From: an uncultured Nitrospinota bacterium | GTDB lineage: Bacteria; Tectomicrobia; Entotheonellia; J063; CAVPRW01 | Reading direction: 5' to 3' | DNA: 64,000 nt | Assembly: GCA_963707985.1 (NCBI GenBank) | Contig: CAVPRW010000027.1 | Coordinates: 96,001-160,000, forward strand | In this document: piece by piece, positions 1 through 12,449 of the stretch | Layout of the letters: every line of letters starts with the position of its first letter | Numbering within the stretch: the stretch's first letter is position 1 | Program-made: the position numbers and the translations under genes | The notes under the pieces: generated by a model | What the model saw: only the letters and a program-made list of their open reading frames with translations | Databases searched by the model: none | What the model was told of the DNA's origin: nothing

Positions 1-879
1 GCGAAGATACTCGACGTCACCCCTGACATGCTGCTCCTGGGAAACGGCTCGGATGAGTTGGTGCAAATGGTCCTGATGGCCTGTGGTGCTCCTGGTGCCA
101 TAGTGCTGACACCAACGCCGACGTTTTCGATGTACGGTCTGGGGGCACTGATGCTGGATCAGCAGGTGGTTGAAGTGCCATTGACGGCGGATTGGGAACT
201 TGATATGCCCCAGATGCTAGCCGCCATTGCCAGCGAACAACCACGGGTGACGTTTCTCGCCACCCCCAACAATCCCACCGCCAATTGCTTTGCTAGTGCA
301 GCCGTGCGCCAACTGATCGAGGCCGTGCCGGGTGTAATCGTCGTCGATGAAGCCTATTATGAATTCAGCGGCCAGACAGTTCTACCCCTGCTGCAGTCCT
401 ATCCACATCTCCTGGTGTTTCGTACTCTCTCCAAGGTAGGGATGGCGGGCTTGCGGATCGGTATTCTGGTCGGGCACCCCGAATTAGTAGACGCGATCAA
501 CAAGGTTCGATTACCGTATAACCTGAGCGCATATTCCCAGGCGGCCGCGGTCGTGGTGCTGCAGCACTGGGAGATGCTCGCACCCGAATTTCGCGCCGTC
601 ATCCATGAGCGCGAACGGCTGCGTGAGGGTTTGGGGCGCTTTCCTGGTGTGACAGTCTTCCCCAGCCAGGCTAACTTCCTTCTGGCACGCATCGACGCCG
701 GGGCGGCACGAATGTGGGAAGCACTCGGAGAGCATGGGATCTTGGTACGTCATTTCCCGGGGTCCCCAGCGTTGCAAGATTACCTACGTATCACGGTGGG
801 GACGCCACCCGAAAACATGTTCCTGGCTACCACCTGGCAAACAATTGTCGAGACCTTCCAGCCGTTGATTCGTCCATGA
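1..879 (+). CDS. hisC: histidinol-phosphate aminotransferase (5' part outside window)
   Basis: Motifs GNGSDE, PNNPT, VDEAY, RTLSK..GLRIG and RITVG; lies upstream of hisB. Confidence 0.95.
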   Translation, partial: AKILDVTPDMLLLGNGSDELVQMVLMACGAPGAIVLTPTPTFSMYGLGALMLDQQVVEVPLTADWELDMPQMLAAIASEQPRVTFLATPNNPTANCFASAAVRQLIEAVPGVIVVDEAYYEFSGQTVLPLLQSYPHLLVFRTLSKVGMAGLRIGILVGHPELVDAINKVRLPYNLSAYSQAAAVVVLQHWEMLAPEFRAVIHERERLREGLGRFPGVTVFPSQANFLLARIDAGAARMWEALGEHGILVRHFPGSPALQDYLRITVGTPPENMFLATTWQTIVETFQPLIRP

Positions 880-1487
880 GGAATCCGATCATGAGCACCA
901 CGCGCCACGCCTCGGTTTCACGCACAACCAAGGAAACAGACATCCAGATCGCACTCATGCTTGAGGGGAGTGGAGTCGGAGACATCCACACGGGTATTCC
1001 GTTCTTCGACCATATGCTCACCTCGTTCACGCGCTATGGATTTTTGGACCTCGACATCCATGCTCGAGGCGATCTCGATGTCGATTATCATCACACCGTC
1101 GAAGATGTGGGCATTTGTCTGGGAGAAGCCTTTGACCGAGCTCTGGGGACGAAGGAGGGCATCCAACGCTTTGGCCATACGGTCATGCCGATGGATGAGG
1201 CGCTGGTGTCGGTCACGCTCGACATCTCCGCCAGGCCGTATCTGATCTATCATGTCGCTTTCCCAGGGCCTCGTATCGGCACTAGCTTTCCGTCGGAGCT
1301 CGTGCAAGAATTTTTCCAGGGATTTATCCGACGTAGCGGGCTCACCTTGCACATTAACATGCAATATGGCACTAATAGCCATCACATCGCCGAGGCAATC
1401 TTTAAAGGTGTCGGCCGGGCGATGGGCCAGGCCTGCGCCATGGATCCACGCATTCATGGCGTGTTTTCGACGAAGGGAGAGTTGTAG
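876..1487 (+). CDS. hisB: imidazoleglycerol-phosphate dehydratase
   Basis: RTTKETDI, FFDHML, HHTVED and NSHHIAEAIFK; ATGA overlap with the hisC stop (alternative start 891). Confidence 0.96.
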   Translation: MRNPIMSTTRHASVSRTTKETDIQIALMLEGSGVGDIHTGIPFFDHMLTSFTRYGFLDLDIHARGDLDVDYHHTVEDVGICLGEAFDRALGTKEGIQRFGHTVMPMDEALVSVTLDISARPYLIYHVAFPGPRIGTSFPSELVQEFFQGFIRRSGLTLHINMQYGTNSHHIAEAIFKGVGRAMGQACAMDPRIHGVFSTKGEL

Positions 1488-1490
1488 CTC

Positions 1491-2123
1491 ATGATCGCCA
1501 TCGTCGACTGTGGCATCGGTAATCTGCGCAGTGTGCACAAGGCATTCGAACGTGTCGGACACGTGGCACACATCACGCAGAGCCCCGAGGACATCGCACG
1601 CGCGCACGCCGTCGTGCTCCCCGGGCAGGGAGCCTTCCGGGACTGTATGGCACAGCTTGGTGAGCATGACCTCCTCGATCCAGTGCTTGAATTCATCCGT
1701 TCTGGCCGCCCATACCTGGGTATCTGTCTCGGCCTGCAACTATTGATGACCGAAAGTGAAGAATTTGGCTGTCACCAAGGCATGAACATACTGCAAGGGC
1801 GCGTGCGGCGGTTCCCACACGGTCTCACCGATATCCAGGGACAGGCCCTCAAGGTCCCCCATATGGGGTGGAATCAGGCGCACGTGTCGCGACCAGTGCC
1901 GATTTTTGACGGCATCCCCGAGAATGCCTATTTTTATTTTGCGCACTCGTTCTATATAGAGCCGTTGAGCGATGCGGCAGTGGCATCGATAACCGATTAC
2001 GGTGTACACTTTGTCTCTGGCATTTGGCATGATAATATGTTTGGCGTACAGTTCCACCCCGAAAAGAGCCAAGCGCATGGCCTGCGAGTCTTGAAGAATT
2101 TTGGCGATCTGGCGTGTTCCTGA
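1491..2123 (+). CDS. hisH: imidazole glycerol phosphate synthase glutaminase subunit
   Basis: GNLRSV, LPGQG, GICLG, PHMGWN and QFHPEKS. Confidence 0.97.
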   Translation: MIAIVDCGIGNLRSVHKAFERVGHVAHITQSPEDIARAHAVVLPGQGAFRDCMAQLGEHDLLDPVLEFIRSGRPYLGICLGLQLLMTESEEFGCHQGMNILQGRVRRFPHGLTDIQGQALKVPHMGWNQAHVSRPVPIFDGIPENAYFYFAHSFYIEPLSDAAVASITDYGVHFVSGIWHDNMFGVQFHPEKSQAHGLRVLKNFGDLACS

Positions 2124-2183
2124 TCCCTGGGGACACTGACCTGCAACGCTGGTTTCCCTATATGGAGGTGTGGTGGCGGTCAC

Positions 2184-2912
2184 ATGCTGGTAATTCCTGC
2201 AGTTGATCTCAAGAATGGTCGATGTGTACGCTTGTGGCAGGGACGTATGGACGCCGAGACGGTCTACTCCGATGACCCGGTGGCTATGGCCCAGGGTTGG
2301 GTGGATCAGGGGGCAGCCTGGCTGCATGTGGTGGATCTCGATGGAGCGGCGGAGGGAGCACCACGCAATCTGCCAGCGATCCAGCAGATCGTCCAGACGG
2401 TGTCGGTGCCGGTGCAGGTGGGTGGTGGGATTCGGACCGTTGACCGTGTTGAACGCTACCTCGATGTTGGCGTCGCGCGCATCATTATCGGCACCCTGGC
2501 AATTGAACAGCCGAGGCTTGCGGCTGACATTTGCCGACGCTTCGCTGGGCGCATCGCCATCAGCCTTGACGCACGTGATGGCAGGGTGGCTTCGCAGGGG
2601 TGGCAGGAAAGCGCCGCCTCGGACTATTTGACCGTGGCACGTCAGATCGCCGCCTGGCAGCCGTCAGTGGTAATTTTCACAGCTATCCAACGCGACGGTA
2701 CGCTTGAGGGCCCCGATCTGCCGCGGTTGAAAGACCTATTGAAGGTAGTCCGCCTGCCTGTTATCGTCGCTGGTGGCATCGGGCATATCGATCATCTGCA
2801 GAGCTTGGTACCACTCGCCCCCGCAGGGCTGTATGGAGTGATTATCGGCAAAGCGTTGTATGAAGGGTCGGTGACGTTTGGTGAAGCGCTTGCCGTCATG
2901 CAAAGAGCATAG
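2184..2912 (+). CDS. hisA: ProFAR isomerase
   Basis: IPAVDLKNGRCVRL, LHVVDLDGA, QVGGGIR and RDGTLEGPD. Confidence 0.96.
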   Translation: MLVIPAVDLKNGRCVRLWQGRMDAETVYSDDPVAMAQGWVDQGAAWLHVVDLDGAAEGAPRNLPAIQQIVQTVSVPVQVGGGIRTVDRVERYLDVGVARIIIGTLAIEQPRLAADICRRFAGRIAISLDARDGRVASQGWQESAASDYLTVARQIAAWQPSVVIFTAIQRDGTLEGPDLPRLKDLLKVVRLPVIVAGGIGHIDHLQSLVPLAPAGLYGVIIGKALYEGSVTFGEALAVMQRA

Positions 2913-2915
2913 CCC

Positions 2916-3704
2916 ATGCTGGTGAAACGTATCATCCCCTGTCTCGACGTGCGTGAGGGAAGGGTCGTCAAGGGGGTGCAATTCGTCGATATTCGCGATG
3001 CCGGTGATCCGGTTGAGGTCGCCCAGGTTTATGACCGTGAGGGTGCCGACGAGCTTGTGTTTCTCGACATTACTGCCTCCTATGAACAACGGAAGATTAT
3101 CCTTGACGTCGTGGCCCGCACAGCCGAACAGGTCTTCATGCCGTTGACCGTGGGAGGTGGGGTGAGTTCGATCCAGGATATGCGCAACCTGCTTAACTCC
3201 GGTGCCGATAAGGTTTCCGTCAATACCGCGGCGGTGAAGGATCCGACGCTCGTCGAGCGTGCAGCACTGCGGTTTGGCAGCCAGTGCATCGTCGTGGCCA
3301 TCGATGCGCGCCGTGCCCAGTCCTCGACGGCTAGCTCAGTAGGGGGACTGCACTGGCAGGTCTATACCCATGGCGGACGCACCCCAACGGGCCTCGACGC
3401 GGTGCAATGGGCCGTCGAGATGGAGCGCGCTGGCGCGGGCGAGATTCTGCTTACCAGTATGGATCGCGATGGCACCCAAGAGGGCTATGATCTGGAATTG
3501 ACTCATGCCGTCGCATCAGCGGTGAGCGTTCCGGTGATTGCTTCGGGCGGAGTTGGCACCCTGGAACACCTCTACGATGGCTTAACGCAGGGGAAGGCGG
3601 ATGCCGTCCTGGCAGCATCGATCTTTCATTTTCGCACGCACACCGTGCAGGAGGCCAAGGCCTATCTGGCTAGGCGCGGCGTGCCGGTGCGTGATCCAGT
3701 CTAG
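2916..3704 (+). CDS. hisF: imidazole glycerol phosphate synthase cyclase subunit
   Basis: [29 protein letters not shown] and ASGG. Confidence 0.97.
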   Translation: MLVKRIIPCLDVREGRVVKGVQFVDIRDAGDPVEVAQVYDREGADELVFLDITASYEQRKIILDVVARTAEQVFMPLTVGGGVSSIQDMRNLLNSGADKVSVNTAAVKDPTLVERAALRFGSQCIVVAIDARRAQSSTASSVGGLHWQVYTHGGRTPTGLDAVQWAVEMERAGAGEILLTSMDRDGTQEGYDLELTHAVASAVSVPVIASGGVGTLEHLYDGLTQGKADAVLAASIFHFRTHTVQEAKAYLARRGVPVRDPV

Positions 3705-3719
3705 GAATGAGGAACCGGC

Positions 3720-4412
3720 ATGCTGGCGGATTATCGTGTCCTGCGATTCAACGAACAAGGGCTCATTCCCGCCATCGTACAGGATGTTGCCACCGGGCGG
3801 GTGCTGATGTTGGCTTACATGAATCGTGAGGCCCTCGAACGGACGCTGGCCACAGGCCTCGTCCATTATTGGAGTCGCTCGCGTGCACAGCTCTGGCAGA
3901 AGGGTGAAACGTCAGGTCACATCCAGCACCTGCGCGACCTCCGTTATGACTGCGATGCCGACACGCTGCTGGTGATCGTTGAACAGGAGGGGGTGGCCTG
4001 TCATACCGGTGAGCCCTCATGCTTCTTCCAGCACCTCATAGAAACCCCCGAACCGATGCCGTTGCCCATCTCCGAAGGACTTCTGCAGCAACTCTATGCG
4101 GTGGTTCAAGATCGCAAACGGCGCGCTCCGCAGGAGTCCTACGTGGCTTCACTGATGGCGAGAGGTCAGGATCATGTGCTGAAGAAGGTCATCGAGGAGG
4201 CGGCCGAGGTCTTGATGGCGTCGAAAGACGGACGTCGCGAAGCGATCGTCTACGAGATGGCTGATTTATGGTTTCACGCCCTCGTCATTCTAGGTTGGCA
4301 TGATATTTCCCCTCAGGAAGTGCTCCAGGAACTCCAGCGTCGTTTTGGAAAATCCGGCCTGCGTACCAACCCGTGCCCACCCTTGCATACAACTCCCGAG
4401 CAAAGTGCTTGA
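3720..4412 (+). CDS. hisIE: bifunctional phosphoribosyl-AMP cyclohydrolase / phosphoribosyl-ATP pyrophosphatase
   Basis: [16 protein letters not shown] and ACHTG..SCF, followed by KKVIEEAAE and EMADLWFH. Confidence 0.95.
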   Translation: MLADYRVLRFNEQGLIPAIVQDVATGRVLMLAYMNREALERTLATGLVHYWSRSRAQLWQKGETSGHIQHLRDLRYDCDADTLLVIVEQEGVACHTGEPSCFFQHLIETPEPMPLPISEGLLQQLYAVVQDRKRRAPQESYVASLMARGQDHVLKKVIEEAAEVLMASKDGRREAIVYEMADLWFHALVILGWHDISPQEVLQELQRRFGKSGLRTNPCPPLHTTPEQSA

Positions 4413-4437
4413 CGATATTGTCTTTTCATGCTAAATT
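4409..4437 (+). promoter_or_regulatory. sigma70-type promoter for the rpsU operon
   Basis: TTGACG-17 nt-TAAATT with an extended TG motif, ~90 nt upstream of rpsU. Confidence 0.6.
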
Positions 4438-4527
4438 GAGTTAATAACAGCTCTTTTAAAGTAGAAAAACTGTCACCACTTGTCATGAATTATCATTCTG
4501 GTAGATTCTTAGCAGAGGAGGTAGTGT

Positions 4528-4725
4528 ATGGCAGGGATCAAGGTGCGAGAGAATGAGCCCTTCGAAAATGCCCTACGCCGATTTAAGAAGCAGTGCGAGA
4601 AGTCAGGTGTCCTCTCCGAAATCCGCAAGCGTGAGTACTACGAAAAGCCCAGCGTGAAGCGTAAGCGCAAGTTGCTCGCCGCGAAGAAGAAGGCTCTCAA
4701 AGCCAAGCAAAGTCAGATCATGTAA
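4528..4725 (+). CDS. rpsU: 30S ribosomal protein S21
   Basis: [11 protein letters not shown] and [18 protein letters not shown]. Confidence 0.97.
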   Translation: MAGIKVRENEPFENALRRFKKQCEKSGVLSEIRKREYYEKPSVKRKRKLLAAKKKALKAKQSQIM

Positions 4726-4902
4726 CTGACCTCGGGCTTTATGCTTCGAGAGGCTGTTACCTATCTATATTACCGACCTCGCTACCAGAAGAATGGTAAG
4801 AGAGATTGCCGGAGAGAGTCTTATTCCCCAAGGGGAAAAGTGGTGGTGCTTGGCCCGTTTGAGGGGATAGCTTGATGAAAAACCCCCTAAAAAGGTGGGG
4901 CA

Positions 4903-5484
4903 TTGGACTGGGTTGACGTAATTATCGCGGTGGTGCTCCTGGGTTTCGCCGTACGCGGTTTCATGCGCGGGTTTCTGCGGGAGCTATTATCACTGGTCGG
5001 CTTATTTTTGGGTCTATGGATCGCCCTCCTCAAGTTTGTTCCACTGGGGGAATGGGTCCAACACAAGTTCCCGTTGACTGAGCCCCTACCATTTCACATC
5101 GCGTTTCTGGCGATTTTTCTGAGTGTGGCCAGCTTTGCCGGTATCGTGGGCTATCTGTTGCATCGGGTTGCCAAGGGGCTGTTGATGGGCTGGTTGGATG
5201 CAATTGTTGGCCTGGGATTCGGCTCTGTCAAGGGCGTGATGATCTTAACGGTGTTGCTGTTCTTACTGATGCAGCTTCCCCTCGCCGACTCGATCAGGAC
5301 TCAGCTCAGAACCTCCACTGTCGTCGACTATCTTGAGCTCTTCAATCCCTTCCTTGAACGATCCGCTCAAGCCTATCGACGATTAGGGGAGGGACGCCTG
5401 TGGGAACAATTTCGTGCGCCTGAGGCAAATCGGCCGCCTGCAATGCGTGAAGGAAGGAGGGCTGGGGATGCCTTTAGACGCTAA
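4903..5484 (+). CDS. cvpA: CvpA (colicin V production) family membrane protein
   Basis: D..I....RGF.REL N-terminus, several TM helices, LD..G..FG..KG; directly upstream of mutS2; TTG start. Confidence 0.85.
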   Translation: MDWVDVIIAVVLLGFAVRGFMRGFLRELLSLVGLFLGLWIALLKFVPLGEWVQHKFPLTEPLPFHIAFLAIFLSVASFAGIVGYLLHRVAKGLLMGWLDAIVGLGFGSVKGVMILTVLLFLLMQLPLADSIRTQLRTSTVVDYLELFNPFLERSAQAYRRLGEGRLWEQFRAPEANRPPAMREGRRAGDAFRR

Positions 5485-5493
5485 GTCAGTCGT

Positions 5494-7884
5494 ATGAACT
5501 CATGGCAGGGTGAGCAAATCGCAAGTGAGCATGCATTGCACGTCCTTGAGTTCGGTGCTATCCGCCGTCTGCTTAGTCGCTGGATGAGCTCCGATCTTGG
5601 CCGCTCGCTTCTATCCGCCATCGTTCCCCTCGCTGACTTATCGCTGATTCGCCTCAAACAACGTCAAACGTCGGAAGCCAAAAACCTACTCATCGCCGAT
5701 ACACCGCCTTCTCTCCAGCAACTTGTGGATCCTCGTCCCCTCCTCGACCAAGTGGCGCAGCAGGGGAAGATCCTTGAACCGCAGGAACTGCTCGATTTGC
5801 AGTTTTTACTCGCCACGGCCCGGCAGACGAAACGTTTCTTTGGACGTCTCGTGGAACAGTATCCTTTGTTGGCGGCACTGACCGAGCCGATGCAGTTTCC
5901 CGAGTCGATCGAACGTCGGATTGGCCAGGTGGTGGATCCTCGTGGCGATATTAAGGATAGTGCGAGCCCACGGCTCCAGGAGGTTCGGACCGAGCTTCGC
6001 CACACGCGTGAGCGGGTCCGGCGGCGACTTGATGGGCATCTGACCCAACAGAGAGACGTGGTGCAGGAACCGCTCATTACCCTGCGCAACAATCGCTATG
6101 TGATTCCACTCAAGCCGGATTATCAGCGCCTCCTACGCGGCATCGTGCATGATCACTCGAACAGTGGGGCAACGGTCTTTGTTGAACCGCTCGATGTCTT
6201 GGACCTGAACAATCACTTGGTGGAGCTCACGACGGCGGCAACGGCAGAGGTGCATCGCATCCTCCGGCAATTGACCACGGAAGTCTGGGACGTGCAGATG
6301 CCGATTCGCCAGCTTGCCGAGATCCTGGGGGAGGTCGATTACATCCTCGCCCGCGGGCGTCTCAGCCAGATGTTGGACTGCCACGAGCCAGAGTTCAGGG
6401 AAGATGGTTGCATCACGCTGCTGCAGGCGCGACATCCCCTCCTTGTCGAGGCAGCCCAAAGCTCCACTGGTGTGATTGTTCCAGCGAACCTGACTATCGA
6501 GCCTGCGACCCGTACCCTGGTGATCACCGGACCCAATACCGGTGGGAAAACTGTGCTCCTCAAAACCATTGGGCTGCTCACCTTGATGGCCCAGGCTGGG
6601 ATGCACATTCCGGCCAAGGAGGGGAGCGGGTTGGCACTGTTCCGGCAGGTCCTGGTCGACATCGGCGATGAGCAGAGTATTGCCCAAAACCTCAGCACCT
6701 TCTCTGGGCATTTGCAGCACATTGTCAGCTTCCTGCACCACGCCGATCAGCAGTCGCTGGTCCTCTTGGATGAGCTCGGGGCCGGGACTGACCCAGCAGA
6801 AGGAGCCGCTTTAGGTATCGCCGTCCTGGAGCATTTGTATCGTCGAGGTGCACAAACCGTTGTCACCACGCACCACCAAGCCATTAAGTTGCATGCCCAT
6901 GCACACCAGGCGATGGATACGGCGGTGATGGAGTTCGATACCGAGACATTACTACCCACCTTTCATGTACGCGTCGGGCATTTTGGCGGGAGCAATGCTT
7001 TTGCCATCGGTCAGCGTTTAGGCATGCCTGCTGAAGTTCTGGCCACGGCCCAAATGCATATCGACGCCGATCAGCAGCGGCTGACGGAAGTCGCCGAGCG
7101 CTTGCAAGCTGAGCTCCGAGCGCTCGAGCAACTACGCCGCGAGGTCGAGCGTGATCGCCACCTTGCCGCGCAGGCTCGTGGAGACTACGAGATCAAAGTG
7201 GCTGAGATCGATGCGGAACGACGCCTCCAGCTGGCGCATGCGGCTGACGAAGTGGGGCAATGGCTGGCGAAAGCACGAAGGCGCCTGGATGAGGCGATCC
7301 ATCAGGTCCGTCGGCAAGGACTCACGCCTGAGTTGGAGCCAGCCCGAGCGTTGGTACGACAGGTTGAAGCCGAGCTTGCGCAGATGATAGCGCAAACGAC
7401 TCCACCTGAGCCTGAGGTGAGACCAGTGCCGGTAGGCGCGTCCGTTTGGCTCCCGAAATGGCGGGTGCGTGGGGTGGTACTAAAGTGGCCTGAGACAGGA
7501 GATCTGGTCGAGGTTCAAGCCGGACACATGACACTGAAGGTTCCCGCCTCTCAGCTCGACCCACTTAGCACACATGAGCTACCGTCACCTGCACCGCTCT
7601 CCCCACCATCCTATATCCGACGTCACAGCGGTGCGGAGATCTCTCCTGAGCTCAACATCATCGGTTGGCGAGTGCCCGATGCCTTATCGCAGCTTGATAA
7701 GTATTTAGACGCAGCAGTAGCGGCTGGTTTACGGCGCGTGCGGATCATCCATGGCAAAGGGAGTGGACGGCTACGGGCCGCCGTACACGAGCTCTTGACC
7801 TCCCATCCTCAGGTAAAGGCGTATATGCCCTGTAGTCCCCAAGAGGGGGGGTGGGGCGCGACATTGGTGGAAATGCATACCTAA
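5494..7884 (+). CDS. mutS2: endonuclease MutS2
   Basis: GPNTGGKT, DIGDEQSI.QNLSTFS and DELGAGTDP; C-terminal Smr domain (IIHGKGSG). Confidence 0.96.
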   Translation: MNSWQGEQIASEHALHVLEFGAIRRLLSRWMSSDLGRSLLSAIVPLADLSLIRLKQRQTSEAKNLLIADTPPSLQQLVDPRPLLDQVAQQGKILEPQELLDLQFLLATARQTKRFFGRLVEQYPLLAALTEPMQFPESIERRIGQVVDPRGDIKDSASPRLQEVRTELRHTRERVRRRLDGHLTQQRDVVQEPLITLRNNRYVIPLKPDYQRLLRGIVHDHSNSGATVFVEPLDVLDLNNHLVELTTAATAEVHRILRQLTTEVWDVQMPIRQLAEILGEVDYILARGRLSQMLDCHEPEFREDGCITLLQARHPLLVEAAQSSTGVIVPANLTIEPATRTLVITGPNTGGKTVLLKTIGLLTLMAQAGMHIPAKEGSGLALFRQVLVDIGDEQSIAQNLSTFSGHLQHIVSFLHHADQQSLVLLDELGAGTDPAEGAALGIAVLEHLYRRGAQTVVTTHHQAIKLHAHAHQAMDTAVMEFDTETLLPTFHVRVGHFGGSNAFAIGQRLGMPAEVLATAQMHIDADQQRLTEVAERLQAELRALEQLRREVERDRHLAAQARGDYEIKVAEIDAERRLQLAHAADEVGQWLAKARRRLDEAIHQVRRQGLTPELEPARALVRQVEAELAQMIAQTTPPEPEVRPVPVGASVWLPKWRVRGVVLKWPETGDLVEVQAGHMTLKVPASQLDPLSTHELPSPAPLSPPSYIRRHSGAEISPELNIIGWRVPDALSQLDKYLDAAVAAGLRRVRIIHGKGSGRLRAAVHELLTSHPQVKAYMPCSPQEGGWGATLVEMHT

Positions 7885-7939
7885 TCAGGCGGCTGATCGG
7901 TCAACACGGTGGTCACGAACTAGCATGTAGGGAGATCTT

Positions 7940-9835
7940 GTGGCTGACCATATCCCTCAGGACATCATTGAAGAGATTCGCCGACGCAATGACATCGTTG
8001 AGGTGATCGGTGAGTACCTCCCGCTCAAGGGCAGTGGTGGGAACTTTAAGGCGTTGTGCCCATTCCACTCTGAGAAGACTCCCTCCTTCACAGTTACTCG
8101 TCCGAAGCAAATCTTTCATTGCTTTGGCTGTGGAGTGGGAGGCACTATCTTTCACTTTATCATGAAGTATGAACACATGAGCTTCCCCGAAGCGGTGGCC
8201 TATTTGGCCAAGCGGGCTGGAGTCACCCTGCCGAAAAATCGGCTCTCTACGACGTCGTCGCCGCTAGAAGCACACAAGGCGCAACTCTATGGCATGAATG
8301 AGCTGGCAGCAAAATATTTTCACCAACTGCTCCTGAACAGCCCTCAGGGAGAAAAGGCTCGTAGCTATCTACATACACGCGGCATCGATCAACACTCAAT
8401 CGAGCGCTTTCACCTCGGCTATGCTCCAGCCGGATGGGACGGCCTGGTCCGACACGGCACAGCGCGTGGATTTCACCCAACAATGCTGGCGGAAGTCGGA
8501 TTGGTCAAAGCGCGCGACGATGGCCGAGGGTTCTATGATCGATTCCGAGATCGCTTGATGTTCCCCATCTGCGATGTCATGGGGCGCGTCGTAGCCCTGG
8601 GAGGACGGTTGCTGGAGAATTTGCCTGAGGCCCCGAAGTACCTCAACTCGCCTGAAACCGCCATCTACAAAAAAGGCATGCTGCTGTATGGCCTCCATCT
8701 TGCCAAACAGGCGATACGAGCCGAGGGCCGGGTGCTCGTCGTCGAGGGCTATCTAGATCTGATCAGCCTCTTCCAGTCCGGCATCGAACATGTCGTGGCA
8801 ACACTTGGCACTGCCCTGACGCGCAGCCATGTGCAACTTCTCAAGGCCTATGCCAAAGAGGCCGTTCTACTATTCGACGGCGATACGGCCGGACGATCCG
8901 CCGCATTGCGCGGGAAGGACTATTTTCTCCAGGGGCATGTGCGTTATTTCCTGCGAAGCGACCACGTCTCGTCCTTGATGCAGGCGCTGGAAGGAGATCT
9001 GCATGTCAAAGTGATGCTGCTACCACAGGGCCATGACCCCGACACGTTTGTTCAGGCCGAGGGACGCGATGCCCTGCTCGCCAAAGTGCGGGAGGCACAG
9101 CCGTTTATCGAATTCCTGTTGGATGCCGAGGCCAACGGGCACGATCTGGCTTCGGTGCAAGGCAAACTTGCGTATGTGCGCAAATTGCTGCCATTGATCG
9201 TCAACCTGGGCAATCAGGTGGAGCGTACGGAGTATTTGTCAGAGCTCGTCAAGCGCACCGGCGTCGCACCAATGGCGCTTGCTGCTGAGCTCCATAAACT
9301 CAAGTCAGGGGCGCCGGCATCTGCACCAACGGCCGAATCTCACTATTTTCCACCTCTGGGGCCGGAACGGTTGCTCGTACAGCTGCTGTTGCTCCACCGT
9401 GGCTGGATTCCCTATGCCCAGGCGCAATTACCCTTCGACCGTGTCCTGGAACCGAATCTTCGGGCCATCCTCCAAGCCTTGTACACGTTGGCTGAAGAAA
9501 CTGGTGAGATCGAGGTGGCTGCGTTGCTCGAGCATCTGCCGGATGACCAGCAGCGCGATCTGGTGGCCCGATTGGCCCTGGAGCCGCTGGGTGATGAAGG
9601 GGTGCAACAGCAAATCGACGATTGCCTCACCGCCATCCAACGGCGCGACATCGAAGCTCAGCTCAAGGGCTTGAAGGAGGAGATGCATGCGGCAGAACGA
9701 CAAGACGACATGGTGCAACTGGCTCACCTGCAGCGGAGGTTCGCCGAGCTGCGCAGGACCCTGATCACACGGTCTCAACCGGTAGTACAGCGCCCGGAAA
9801 CATCCGTCGCCTCAGGCCGTGCTCCACAGATTTAA
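7940..9835 (+). CDS. dnaG: DNA primase
   Basis: CPFH.EKTPSF zinc finger, KYLNSPET, and TOPRIM VVEGYLD / FDGD.AG. Confidence 0.97.
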   Translation: MADHIPQDIIEEIRRRNDIVEVIGEYLPLKGSGGNFKALCPFHSEKTPSFTVTRPKQIFHCFGCGVGGTIFHFIMKYEHMSFPEAVAYLAKRAGVTLPKNRLSTTSSPLEAHKAQLYGMNELAAKYFHQLLLNSPQGEKARSYLHTRGIDQHSIERFHLGYAPAGWDGLVRHGTARGFHPTMLAEVGLVKARDDGRGFYDRFRDRLMFPICDVMGRVVALGGRLLENLPEAPKYLNSPETAIYKKGMLLYGLHLAKQAIRAEGRVLVVEGYLDLISLFQSGIEHVVATLGTALTRSHVQLLKAYAKEAVLLFDGDTAGRSAALRGKDYFLQGHVRYFLRSDHVSSLMQALEGDLHVKVMLLPQGHDPDTFVQAEGRDALLAKVREAQPFIEFLLDAEANGHDLASVQGKLAYVRKLLPLIVNLGNQVERTEYLSELVKRTGVAPMALAAELHKLKSGAPASAPTAESHYFPPLGPERLLVQLLLLHRGWIPYAQAQLPFDRVLEPNLRAILQALYTLAEETGEIEVAALLEHLPDDQQRDLVARLALEPLGDEGVQQQIDDCLTAIQRRDIEAQLKGLKEEMHAAERQDDMVQLAHLQRRFAELRRTLITRSQPVVQRPETSVASGRAPQI

Positions 9836-9888
9836 GTAATGGTGATAGCAGCACAATGGCATGACTGCGGAGGGAGGTGTGAACAGTT

Positions 9889-11658
<1,770 letters not shown>

Positions 11659-11864
11659 GATGTACCTGCCCGTGTCGCTCCTGTTCCCACCTGGCCCTCG
11701 GCAGGCCAAGGACCAGGTGGGGCAGAGCGACCACATGCCCCCTGACATAGCCACGCAACGCATTGTAGAATCGGCTGTGCATCCACCATGAGTACTTCCC
11801 CACTGCAACATCGCAGAGCTATCCACCCCAGACGAGTCATACAAAAAAGGTTGGGGATGCTAGA

Positions 11865-11918
11865 GGCGCAGACTGCGCTCATAGGTCCTGCCTCGCTTCG
11901 GGGCATGACGTCTGCGCC
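11865..11918. terminator. stem-loop between convergent rpoD and glutathione peroxidase genes
   Basis: GGCGCAGAC/GTCTGCGCC outer stem with an inner TGCCTCG..GGGGCA stem; no clear U-tract. Confidence 0.35.
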
Positions 11919-11920
11919 GC

Positions 11921-12411
11921 TTAGGCAGCTTGGTTGATCTCGCGCTCAATTGCCTCCACCAGCGATTTCGACTCGGGTGCCACGCTGGACCCGAAACGCG
12001 CCACTACTTCGCCGTTCCGGGCAAGTCAGGAACTTTTCGAAGTTCCACTGAATCGGTCCGGGATATTTGGCCTGTGCGTCCGGCGAACGTGAGGTGCCTG
12101 TACAGATCGCACTGGTTCCTGCCGTTGACGTCGACCTTGTCGAACATGTCAAAGGTCACGCCGTAGTTCTTCTGGCAGAACTGCGCGATCTGCTCCGAGG
12201 TCCCAGGTTCCTGGTGCCCGAACTGATTGCATGGGAAACCCAACACCATCAACCCACTCGCTCCGTACTTGTTATAGATGGCCTGCAAGCCCTTGTATTG
12301 CGGCGTGTATCCACACGCACTGGCGACGTTCACAATCAGGAGCACTTTGCCCTGATACTGACTCAGGTCGACTTCCTGACCCGTCAGTGATTTCATCTTG
12401 CCCTGGAGCAT
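11921..12411 (-). CDS. Cys-type glutathione peroxidase (two apparent single-base frameshifts near 12087 and 12024)
   Basis: VNVASACGYTPQY, GFPCNQFG and IQWNFEKFL lie in successive frames; the corrected end is EAIEREINQAA*. Confidence 0.88.
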
Positions 12412-12449
12412 CGTTGGGGTCTCCTTCTGTCGACTGTGTGTTGAACGCC

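Noticed and set aside
11660..11920. Possible tRNA or 6S-like RNA after rpoD
   Set aside because: Only local hairpins; no cloverleaf, T-loop or recognisable conserved motif.
11921..12411. Glutathione peroxidase as a second selenoprotein
   Set aside because: The active site is encoded as Cys (ASACG); the breaks are frameshifts, not UGA.
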